A stretch of 64,000 nucleotides of DNA from assembly GCA_019638695.1 (NCBI GenBank), contig JAHBTG010000007.1:482-64481 (forward strand), read 5' to 3'. This stretch comes from Bacteroidota bacterium. Its GTDB lineage: Bacteria; Bacteroidota; Bacteroidia; J057; JAJTIE01. Below are positions 27,214 through 35,326 of the stretch, piece after piece. The translations under genes were made by a program, and so were the position numbers. The notes beneath the pieces are model-generated. The model saw nothing but the letters and a program-made list of their open reading frames with translations. It was not told the origin of the DNA and made no database searches. Within the stretch, counting starts at the first letter, position 1; each line of letters begins with the position of its first letter.

Positions 27214-27656
27214 GCTTGTTGTAACGCCGCCAGCAGGGTGCCTGCATCCTGCGCGCCCATCTCCCATTTCCCGTTGAAGGTATGCGCCCACAGGCTGTGT
27301 GTGCCGTTGGTCACCAGTACCAGGGGCGCTTGCAGCACTGCATTATAGGTAATGGCCTGGAACCAGGTGTGCATGTTCAGGGATATGCCCGGTTCCTTGC
27401 ATTCGCATAACAGGGCAGGGAGCCCCCTGGCAGAAAAAACCACTACGTCAAAGCGCCTGGTTTGCCGGCCATAGTTCAGCGCTCGTTCTACTGCCATATG
27501 CGCCGGAGAAACCCCGGCAGATAACAACCAGGCAATGAGGCGCTGGCGTACCTCTTCCTCCGGGGTGGCGGCCACCCATTTACGCCGCACAGGGTCCCAG
27601 AGACAGGGGCCTGCTGCCATCTCGGTAGGAGGGAATGGCAGAGGCGGCAGGGTCAC
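27210..27656 (-). CDS. type I restriction enzyme HsdR N-terminal domain-like protein (PD-(D/E)xK fold)
   Basis: 148 aa. [26 protein letters not shown] and FDVVVF...LLCECKEP (a D...ExK signature) match the small HsdR_N family common in Bacteroidota. Its GTG start overlaps the hslV stop (GTGA at 27653-27656). Confidence 0.65.
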   Translation of the reverse strand: MTLPPLPFPPTEMAAGPCLWDPVRRKWVAATPEEEVRQRLIAWLLSAGVSPAHMAVERALNYGRQTRRFDVVVFSARGLPALLCECKEPGISLNMHTWFQAITYNAVLQAPLVLVTNGTHSLWAHTFNGKWEMGAQDAGTLLAALQQA

Positions 27657-28210
27657 AGCGTGAGGATCGTCAGGTTATGATTAGTGTAGATGCACACGTC
27701 TGCCGCAATGGTCAGCGCTTCGCGCACCATCTCCTCTGCAGTGAGATGCGGGGCCTTTTTCTTGAGTGCCAGCGCCGCAGACTGGGCATACATGCCGCCG
27801 CTGCCTATGGCCAGGATCTGGTGTTCGGGTTCGAGCACGTCTCCCGTGCCGGAGATGACCAACCCTTCCTGCGCATTCATGACGATCAGCATGGCTTCCA
27901 GGCGGCGGAGGTAGCGGTCTGTGCGCCAGTCCCGCGCCAGTTCTATGGCCGCGCGTTTCAGCTGATTGCCATGCTTGGCCAGTTTTTCCTCAAACCGGTC
28001 CAGCAGCGCAAAGGCATCGGCGGTGCCGCCGGCAAATCCTGCCAGGATACTGTCATTGGCCATTTTGCGCACTTTACGCACATTGCTTTTCATCACGGTA
28101 TGTCCCAGCGTGGCCTGGCCGTCGGCGCCCAGCGCCACCTGGCCGTTATGCAGGATGCCCACTACCGTAGTCGCCTTCAGGCGGGGGAAATCAGCGTTTT
28201 GAGATTGCAT
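27653..28210 (-). CDS. hslV: ATP-dependent protease subunit HslV (with an N-terminal extension before the catalytic Thr)
   Basis: [36 protein letters not shown]...[10 protein letters not shown]...AIGSGG...IYTNH aligns with HslV/ClpQ. I prefer the ATG at 28210 ([17 protein letters not shown]) over the TTG at 28237. Confidence 0.9.
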   Translation of the reverse strand: MQSQNADFPRLKATTVVGILHNGQVALGADGQATLGHTVMKSNVRKVRKMANDSILAGFAGGTADAFALLDRFEEKLAKHGNQLKRAAIELARDWRTDRYLRRLEAMLIVMNAQEGLVISGTGDVLEPEHQILAIGSGGMYAQSAALALKKKAPHLTAEEMVREALTIAADVCIYTNHNLTILTL

Positions 28211-28371
28211 GCCCAAAGATAGGAGGATTCCCTGCAAGCCGATGGCACAGACCTTTAAGGTCGGCGGCCAGACCGTTCAGGTACAAAAAGCGCATATAAG
28301 GATTCTGCAGGACACTAAAAGCCGTACTTTCGCAGTTAAAGGGGTATTCTTTCGTGGGTGTCCCATCCGGT

Positions 28372-31300
28372 ATGCGATTCATTACTGCACTATTTCTGGT
28401 CATCCTGTTGTCGGCCAACTGGCAAGGCTTTGCCCAGGTGCCCGGCGGAGGATTGCCGCAGGTATTTGTGGCGCGCTGGCAAGCCCCCCGCACAGTGCCG
28501 GTGTATATGCAGCCCGGCCTGGAGGTGCAGGCCCCGGCTTTTGAAGGGTGCCTGTATGATGCCCGGTTGTATAACCTGCCTTATGGTACCTATACAATGA
28601 CCCTGCAGCCGGGCCAGACGGCGCAGGTAATGCCTTTGTCTACCCATTGGGTGGAGCAGGAGAATATGGACTACTTTGACCTGCTGGCCGGCTTGCCGGA
28701 CGGCGGAGCCTATCTGTTTGACGAGAGCGACTGGTACCCGGCCAACCCGGTAACGGCTCACCTGATGTACGTGAGCGGAACACCCGTGTTACAACTCCAG
28801 TTGTTTCCCTTGCAGATACACCGCTCCGGTACGCGTATACGCACCACAGACAGCCTTAAGTATGCCGTTGCGTTGTCGTCAGATGTTACAACCCGTGCGG
28901 GGCGGTCACCGGCCAAAACGGCTGCTACCGAGAGCCAGCTGGCTAACGGCACCTGGTATCGGCTGGCTGTGGCCACAGATGGCATTTATAGCCTGGACCG
29001 CACACAGCTGGCCCAGATGGGGCTGGATGTGCAGGGCCTGGATCCCCGCAACGTGCGGATACATGGGCGCCCCGGGGGCATGCTCCCTCAGGCTAACAGC
29101 GCAGACCGCGACGATGACCTGCCGGAACTGGCGATCCTGGTGACCGGCGAAGCCGATGGCACGCTGGATGCTGCAGACCGCGTCCTGTTTTACGGACAGG
29201 GCCCTCATCGTATCTTCTATGATGGTACTAATAACCGCCTGCGGCAGGAAAATCACCTCTATGCCGATAGTACGTACTATTACCTCACCGTGGGGAGCGT
29301 CCCGGGTAAACGCATGGCTGCCAGTCCGGCCGGACAAAGTCCGGATACCTTGATCTCCTATACCCGCCGCTTGTCGGTTTACCACAGAGATTTGGCCAAA
29401 GTATATCCTGCCGGCCAGCTGTGGGTGGGCGAAAACTTCAAGGGCAACACCCTGAGCCGCAGCTTGCAGCTGAGCGCGCCTGCGGCCCGCAGTAACGGTT
29501 CACACCGCCTGTATGTGCGGGGGCTGGGTCGTGCGCCGGTTTCTACCTCCCTGTCCGTGCGGGAAGGCAGCACACTACTGGGGAACCTGAACTTTTTCTC
29601 TGTTCAGTATGATTGCTCCTGGTGCCAGCGCGCCCGTATCACCGAGAGTCTGTTTAACCTGACCGATGCGCAACTGGCTGACGGCATGGCTAACCTGACG
29701 CTTACCTACAATATCAATGGAGTAGGGGAAGGCTGGCTGGACTATGCCGTGCTGGACTATGAGCAGGCCCCCCGGCTTTCGGGCGTATTTCAACCCATGT
29801 ATATCCCTTTGCCTGACGATGAGCGGGTGATAGGTCTCAGCCTGGCGCAGGCGACCGCGGTCCATCAGGTATGGGATGTCACAGACCCGCTGAATGTGCG
29901 GCAGGTGACCACAACCCTGGAGGATGGCAGTCTGAACCTGCAGCTCCCGGTAAGCGGCACTACCCAGTTGGTAGCCTGCACCCCGGCCGCTTACCAGTCC
30001 CCCGCGTTTGTCGGCAGGGTGGCCAACCAGAACCTGCACGGCCTGGCGCAGGCCGATTACCTGGTGATTGCACACCCGCCCTTGGTGGCAGAAGCCCGGC
30101 GCCTGGCCCAGTGGCACCAGCAGCGCAGCGGTTATAGTTACCAGGTGGTTACTCCCCAGCAGATCTACCACGAATTCAGCGCCGGCAGCCCGGATGTCAC
30201 CGCCCTGCGGGATTTCGTGCGCATGTTCTGGCTAAGGGCCGCCAGCGAGGCCGAGCGCCCCAAGTTCCTCCTGCTGATGGGCACAGCCAGTTATGATTTC
30301 AAGAACCAGGGAGCAGGCGGTAACCTGGTGCCCGCCTATGCTGCCAGGCAGTCCCTCTTCCCGCCAGAAGCTTATGTGAGCGATGATTATTTCACCTTCA
30401 TGGATGCGACCGAAGGCTTCTGGGGGGAGAATGATATCCCCACCTGGAATGATAACCAGATCCAGCGGGATGGCATAGACCTGGCCGTAGGGCGCCTGCC
30501 TGTGCGCACGGTGGACGAAGCCCGGCAGGTGGTGGACAAGATCATGCGCTATGACAGTCCCTCTGCTGCCGGCGAATGGAAGACCCAGACGCTGTTTATT
30601 GGAGACTTTGTCAAGAACGAATGCAACCACATGAGCGAGGCAGACCTGCTGGTGCGCAACGGGGTAGAACCCCATGCACCCTGCCTGCTGAACGACAAGG
30701 TGTATCTCGATGCATTTCCTGCAGTGTCCTCTGCCAACGGTATTCGCTATCCGGCTGCCCGGCAGCGCATCCTCGAGCAGGTCAATAAAGGTGCGCTTAT
30801 CGTCAACTACACCGGGCACGGCGGGGTCAGCGGCTTCTCCAACAGCGAGATATTCGAACTGCCGGATATCCAGGGTATGACCAATGGAGACCGCATGGCG
30901 CTCTGGATCACCGCCACCTGCGATTTTGGCCGTTATGATAACCCTGCGGAAGTCTGCGGCGCCCGGGAGCTGTTGGTAGCTCCGCAAGGGGGAGCCATTG
31001 GCCTGTTTACTTCCGTGCGCTCCGTTTTCAGCAATGGCAATTATGCCTTTAACCTGAATGCGCATCGGCACCTCTTTACCTTCCTGGCAGATAAAGGGCG
31101 GCACATTACAATGGGTGAAGCGATGATGCGTGCCAAAAATGATACCTGGCAGGCACATCCTATCAATACCCGCGCCTTTGCCTACCTGGGAGACCCTGCC
31201 CTCTCGCTTTCATTGCCCACTTGGAACGCAGTCCTTACCGAGGTCAATACCCAGGCCCCCAATGCAGCTTCCTTGCAGGCGCTGGGCATGGCTACGCTCA

Positions 31301-32295
31301 AAGGAGAGATCCAGGATGCCGGTGGTAACCGCCTGGAGGACTTTGACGGAACTGTGACCGTAATGGTCTATGACAAGGCCCGTAATACCAGTACCGCTGC
31401 TTGTTCCTTCAGCTTTAATTGGGAGAAAACCCTGCTCTTTAATGGCAAGTCCAGCGTGCAGGCCGGCCGCTTTGAGACCCAGTTCGTGGTGCCGCTGGAT
31501 ATCGACTTCACTGCGGGCCAGGGCCGCATTTCCCTGTATGCACAGGCTGCTACCGGGGAAGCCGCCGGATGTACCCGCGAAGTGACCATCTGCTGCACAG
31601 ACCCTAACCCCGTGCACAGCGAACAGGCCCCCACAGTGCGCATTTATATGAATGACCCCCAGTGGCGGGATGGCAGCCTGGTGACCCCTCACCCGGTGCT
31701 GTGGGCAGAAGTCTCCAGCGAGCTGGGTATCAATACCTCCGGCCTGGGTATCGGGCGGGAGCTGATGGCAGTGCTGGATGACAACACCGGGAACCCCATC
31801 GTACTCAATAGCTTTTATCAAAGTACGGTAGATGATTTTCGCCAGGGCAACATCCGCTATCCCATGTTTGACCTGCCCGAAGGCCCGCATACCCTGAGCG
31901 TGAAGGTATGGGATGTGGCCAACCGCAGCGCTACCGCACAAACGCATTTCATCGTAGCCAGCAGTACACGCCTGGCCATAGCGCAATTAATGAACTATCC
32001 TAACCCCTTTGTGGGCAGCACCCGCATCCAGTTCAGCCATAATCAGCCGGGGGTACCCCTGCGGGTGGAGGTCTTTATCCGCGACATGACGGGTAAGCTG
32101 GTAGAGCGCCAGCAGGCCGATATTCTCTCCAATGCCTTTGTGGTAGAACCCTTTGAGTGGAAGGGCAATACGGCAGACGGGGCTCCTGCCCGCGCAGGCA
32201 TGTATGTCTTTGAACTGGTAGTGACTAACCCGCAAAGTGGGGAGACCCTGCGCCGCCATAGCAGAATGGTGCTTTTACGTGGTGCCACTCCTTAA
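28372..32295 (+). CDS. porU: type IX secretion system sortase PorU (C25 gingipain-like peptidase)
   Basis: About 1307 aa from the ATG at 28372 (MRFITALFLVILLSANWQGFAQ). The C25-like catalytic contexts are NYTGHGGVSGFSN and LWITATCDFGRYD. The C-terminal CTD is NYPNPFVGSTRIQF...VFELVVTNPQSGE. It sits directly upstream of porV. Confidence 0.85.
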   Translation: MRFITALFLVILLSANWQGFAQVPGGGLPQVFVARWQAPRTVPVYMQPGLEVQAPAFEGCLYDARLYNLPYGTYTMTLQPGQTAQVMPLSTHWVEQENMDYFDLLAGLPDGGAYLFDESDWYPANPVTAHLMYVSGTPVLQLQLFPLQIHRSGTRIRTTDSLKYAVALSSDVTTRAGRSPAKTAATESQLANGTWYRLAVATDGIYSLDRTQLAQMGLDVQGLDPRNVRIHGRPGGMLPQANSADRDDDLPELAILVTGEADGTLDAADRVLFYGQGPHRIFYDGTNNRLRQENHLYADSTYYYLTVGSVPGKRMAASPAGQSPDTLISYTRRLSVYHRDLAKVYPAGQLWVGENFKGNTLSRSLQLSAPAARSNGSHRLYVRGLGRAPVSTSLSVREGSTLLGNLNFFSVQYDCSWCQRARITESLFNLTDAQLADGMANLTLTYNINGVGEGWLDYAVLDYEQAPRLSGVFQPMYIPLPDDERVIGLSLAQATAVHQVWDVTDPLNVRQVTTTLEDGSLNLQLPVSGTTQLVACTPAAYQSPAFVGRVANQNLHGLAQADYLVIAHPPLVAEARRLAQWHQQRSGYSYQVVTPQQIYHEFSAGSPDVTALRDFVRMFWLRAASEAERPKFLLLMGTASYDFKNQGAGGNLVPAYAARQSLFPPEAYVSDDYFTFMDATEGFWGENDIPTWNDNQIQRDGIDLAVGRLPVRTVDEARQVVDKIMRYDSPSAAGEWKTQTLFIGDFVKNECNHMSEADLLVRNGVEPHAPCLLNDKVYLDAFPAVSSANGIRYPAARQRILEQVNKGALIVNYTGHGGVSGFSNSEIFELPDIQGMTNGDRMALWITATCDFGRYDNPAEVCGARELLVAPQGGAIGLFTSVRSVFSNGNYAFNLNAHRHLFTFLADKGRHITMGEAMMRAKNDTWQAHPINTRAFAYLGDPALSLSLPTWNAVLTEVNTQAPNAASLQALGMATLKGEIQDAGGNRLEDFDGTVTVMVYDKARNTSTAACSFSFNWEKTLLFNGKSSVQAGRFETQFVVPLDIDFTAGQGRISLYAQAATGEAAGCTREVTICCTDPNPVHSEQAPTVRIYMNDPQWRDGSLVTPHPVLWAEVSSELGINTSGLGIGRELMAVLDDNTGNPIVLNSFYQSTVDDFRQGNIRYPMFDLPEGPHTLSVKVWDVANRSATAQTHFIVASSTRLAIAQLMNYPNPFVGSTRIQFSHNQPGVPLRVEVFIRDMTGKLVERQQADILSNAFVVEPFEWKGNTADGAPARAGMYVFELVVTNPQSGETLRRHSRMVLLRGATP

Positions 32296-32366
32296 GTTTC
32301 TTGTATATTTGCCCCAATTAAACGCATAGCATATCGCACTAGCTATACCTGATTTATTCAATAGGT

Positions 32367-33536
32367 ATGATTTCATCTCCCATCCGCGTCCGGTTCGTGG
32401 CTATACTGCTGCTGTTTGCCGGGCTGCTCTTCTCTTCACAGCCGGTGCACGCTCAGTCAGGGGTTTCCGGGCAGGAAAGCCAGCGAGCCATTACCACTGC
32501 CGTTCCTTTTCTGCTGATCTGCCCTGATAGCCGCAGTGGCGGCATGGCTGAGGCCGGTGTGGCGGTTGCAGAAGGCGCGAATGCGCTGTACTGGAACCCT
32601 TCCCGCCTCACTTTCAGCGAAAAGCGCTATGGCGCCGCCATTAACTACACGCCCTGGCTCAAGTATATTATCCCCGATATTAACCATGCTTACCTGCCCG
32701 CCTACTATAACTTTGGCGAAAAGGGCGGCGTGGTAGGCGGTTCGCTCACCTTCTTCTCCCTGGGCAATATCCAGTTCACCGATGAGAACGGGATAGAAAC
32801 CGGCAACTACAATGCCAGTGAGATGGCGCTTTCCGGCAGCTATTCCATCCGCATCACAGAAACTTTCTCCACCGGTATCAGCCTGCGCTATATCAATAGT
32901 AACCTGGCCGGTAACACCAACCTGGGCGGCGGTATCTCCACCCAGCCCGCCAACTCCTTTGCGGGCGATATTCATGGCGCCTGGCAGAAGGATTTTGACT
33001 TTCAGGCCAACAAGAGTGCCCCGGAGATCCCCATGCGTTTTGCCTGGGGTTTCAATGTCTCCAACATAGGCGCCAAGATGCGTTATACCGATGTGGGCCG
33101 CCGGGATTTCCTGCCTATGAACCTCAAACTCGGGTATGCACTTACTGCAGAGCTGGACAGCTATAACAAACTGACATTTACCAATGACTTTAACAAGCTG
33201 CTGGTGCCCAGCTATATCCCCGGCCCCACAGACCCGGAGAAGAACATTATTTCCGGTGCGGTCTCCAGCTTTGGAGATGCCCGTGGCGGCTTTGGCGAAG
33301 AGCTCAGCGAGATCAATGTATCCCTGGCGCTGGAGTATGTATACAATGACCTGTTGGCTGTGCGCGGGGGCTACTTCTATGAAGACCCGGGCAAGGGTAA
33401 CCGCAAGTTCATCACATTGGGCGCCGGTCTCAAGTTCAAGGTGGCCACACTGGATTTTGCCTACCTGGCTCCCCTGCAGCAGAACCACCCTTTGCAGAAT
33501 ACCCTGCGCTTCTCGCTCAGCTTCGATTTTGAGTAA
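32367..33536 (+). CDS. porV: type IX secretion system outer-membrane shuttle/channel protein PorV (LptO)
   Basis: 389 aa with a signal peptide. The motif TAVPFLLICPDSRSGGMAEAGVAVAEGANALYWNPS is typical of PorV. It has beta-barrel character and ends ...RFSLSFDFE. Confidence 0.9.
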   Translation: MISSPIRVRFVAILLLFAGLLFSSQPVHAQSGVSGQESQRAITTAVPFLLICPDSRSGGMAEAGVAVAEGANALYWNPSRLTFSEKRYGAAINYTPWLKYIIPDINHAYLPAYYNFGEKGGVVGGSLTFFSLGNIQFTDENGIETGNYNASEMALSGSYSIRITETFSTGISLRYINSNLAGNTNLGGGISTQPANSFAGDIHGAWQKDFDFQANKSAPEIPMRFAWGFNVSNIGAKMRYTDVGRRDFLPMNLKLGYALTAELDSYNKLTFTNDFNKLLVPSYIPGPTDPEKNIISGAVSSFGDARGGFGEELSEINVSLALEYVYNDLLAVRGGYFYEDPGKGNRKFITLGAGLKFKVATLDFAYLAPLQQNHPLQNTLRFSLSFDFE

Positions 33537-33559
33537 CCAGGGCAAATGCCCATTGGTAA

Positions 33560-33585
33560 GGAAGACGCGCCTCTAGGCGTCTTCC
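33560..33585. terminator. 9-bp GC-rich hairpin between convergent genes (possible bidirectional terminator, no U-tract)
   Basis: GGAAGACGC-GCCTCTAG-GCGTCTTCC. The stop codon of the minus-strand gene (33573-33575) lies in the loop. Confidence 0.35.
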
Positions 33586-34091
33586 CGGTACCAGGTGCTA
33601 TAGATGCGGTAGTTCTCGGCGTATTTGCGTATGCTGGCTACCTGGGCATCCGTCAGGCGTTTGATGGGTTTGGCAGGTCTGCCCGCATAGAGCCACCCGC
33701 TTTCCAGCCGCATGTTTTCCAATACCAGGGAACCTGCCCCCACAATCACATCGGGCTCTACCACCGCATGGTCCATGACCGTGCTGCCCATGCCTATCAG
33801 GCAGTCATCGTGCAGGGTGCAGCCGTGTATCATGGCCATATGGCCTATGGTTACCCGGTTGCCGATGCGGGTGGCCGCTTTTTGCCAGGTGCAGTGCACA
33901 ATGGAACCATCCTGGATATTGGTCTCTTCTCCTATGGTAATGGTGTGTACATCGCCGCGCAATACAACATTGTACCAAATACTGCTGCCTGCACCTATGG
34001 TCACCTGGCCAATGATCACGGCATTCTCTGCCAGGAATACATCCGGTGCTATTTGGGGGCTAATGCCCTGTAAGGTTTTGATTAGAGCCAT
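33573..34091 (-). CDS. gamma-carbonic-anhydrase-like / LbH family protein (PaaY/CaiE type)
   Basis: 172 aa. The family-typical sequence is PQIAPDVFLAENAVIIGQVTIGAGSSIWYNVVLRGDVHTITIGEETNIQDGSIVH. Confidence 0.85.
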   Translation of the reverse strand: MALIKTLQGISPQIAPDVFLAENAVIIGQVTIGAGSSIWYNVVLRGDVHTITIGEETNIQDGSIVHCTWQKAATRIGNRVTIGHMAMIHGCTLHDDCLIGMGSTVMDHAVVEPDVIVGAGSLVLENMRLESGWLYAGRPAKPIKRLTDAQVASIRKYAENYRIYSTWYREDA

Positions 34092-34189
34092 AATGAGCCT
34101 TTTTTACAGAAAAAATATGTGTGGAAAAGATAGCAAATACAGTAAAATGCCGTAAGTTTGCAGCCCTATTTAATAAGAAAACTAGAGAT

Positions 34190-34741
34190 ATGCCAGTAAA
34201 ACTCCGCCTTCAGCGTATGGGACGCAAGCACCATGCGTTCTTTCGCATCGTAGCTGCAGATGCGCGTTCTCCCCGCGATGGCCGATTCATTGAGAAGATC
34301 GGTTCCTATGACCCTCATAAGGAGTTTGAAAAATATGAGCTGAGCCATGAAGCCGCTCTCCGCTGGCTGCAGCACGGTGCACAGCCTACAGAGACGGTGC
34401 GCACTATCCTGAGTGATCTGGGTGTGATGCTGAAATATCACCTGATGCGCCAGGGAAAGAGCGCTGAGGAAGTAGATCAGGCTTACCAGAGCTGGCTGAA
34501 TGACAAGACCCGCAAGGCCGAGAGCCAGCAGCATGTGGCCACCAAGTCCAAAGCCGAGAAAGCTGCGGCTGCCCTGGCCCAGGAGCAGAAAGTGCGTGAG
34601 GACCGTGCGAAGAAAATCTCTGCCCGCCTGGCAGATGCCGCACAAGCCGCTGCAGATGCTGCCAAAGCTGTGGAAGCAGAAGCCAGCGGAGAAGAAGCCG
34701 CCGCCCCGGTGGCTGAGGAAGAAGCTGCTGCAGAAGCGTAG
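34190..34741 (+). CDS. rpsP: 30S ribosomal protein S16 with an Ala/Glu/Lys-rich C-terminal extension
   Basis: The internal ATG at 34190 gives MPVKLRLQRMGRKHHAFFRIVAADARSPRDGRFIEKIGSYDP. A TAAGTTTG -7-like box lies at 34153-34160. Confidence 0.95.
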   Translation: MPVKLRLQRMGRKHHAFFRIVAADARSPRDGRFIEKIGSYDPHKEFEKYELSHEAALRWLQHGAQPTETVRTILSDLGVMLKYHLMRQGKSAEEVDQAYQSWLNDKTRKAESQQHVATKSKAEKAAAALAQEQKVREDRAKKISARLADAAQAAADAAKAVEAEASGEEAAAPVAEEEAAAEA

Positions 34742-34755
34742 CATACTCCTGGCGT

Positions 34756-35325
34756 ATGAAATCACAAGACGTTTCCCACGAGGGGTATTTCCTGCTGGGC
34801 CGCGTCACCAAGCCACAGGGCGTGCAGGGAGAACTGCGCGCCCTGTTTGCTGTGGATAGCCTGGAACCCTATGCCGGCCTCAAAGCCCTCTGGGTGCAGG
34901 AAGCTGGTGAGGTACTGACCCGCTATCGCATCAAAGCTTTGCGCCCTGTGCAGAAAACAGAGGTCATCCTCAAGCTGGAGGGGATTTCCGACCGTAACCG
35001 GGCTGAGCTCTTGCGTAATGCCACGCTCTGGCTGCCCGATCACCAGCTCCCCTCTTTGAAGGAAGGACAGTTTTACTACCATGAGATCATCGGCTTGCCC
35101 TTGTGGGATGAGCGCCTGGGCGAAGTGGGTACGATCGCCCGGGTATTGGAGATGCCGGCACAGGATGTGCTGGAGGTTGCCTGCCCCGGAGGACTGGTAC
35201 TAGTACCCCTGGTGGATGCTTTTATCCTGGGCCTGGACCGTACGGCGCCGTGCCTGCGCATGCGGTTGCCGGAAGGATTGCTGGATGTGTACCTGCACCC
35301 GGGTGAGGATGCGGATGAACTCTAG
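34756..35325 (+). CDS. rimM: 16S rRNA processing protein RimM
   Basis: 189 aa. LLGRVTKPQGVQGELR is typical of RimM, a PRC-barrel-like C-terminus is present, and the gene lies directly downstream of rpsP. Confidence 0.9.
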   Translation: MKSQDVSHEGYFLLGRVTKPQGVQGELRALFAVDSLEPYAGLKALWVQEAGEVLTRYRIKALRPVQKTEVILKLEGISDRNRAELLRNATLWLPDHQLPSLKEGQFYYHEIIGLPLWDERLGEVGTIARVLEMPAQDVLEVACPGGLVLVPLVDAFILGLDRTAPCLRMRLPEGLLDVYLHPGEDADEL

Positions 35326-35326
35326 T

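Noticed and set aside
32457-33545. 362-aa minus-strand ORF covering porV
   Set aside because: It is codon-aligned antisense to porV, whose sequence is highly characteristic. It is a shadow ORF.
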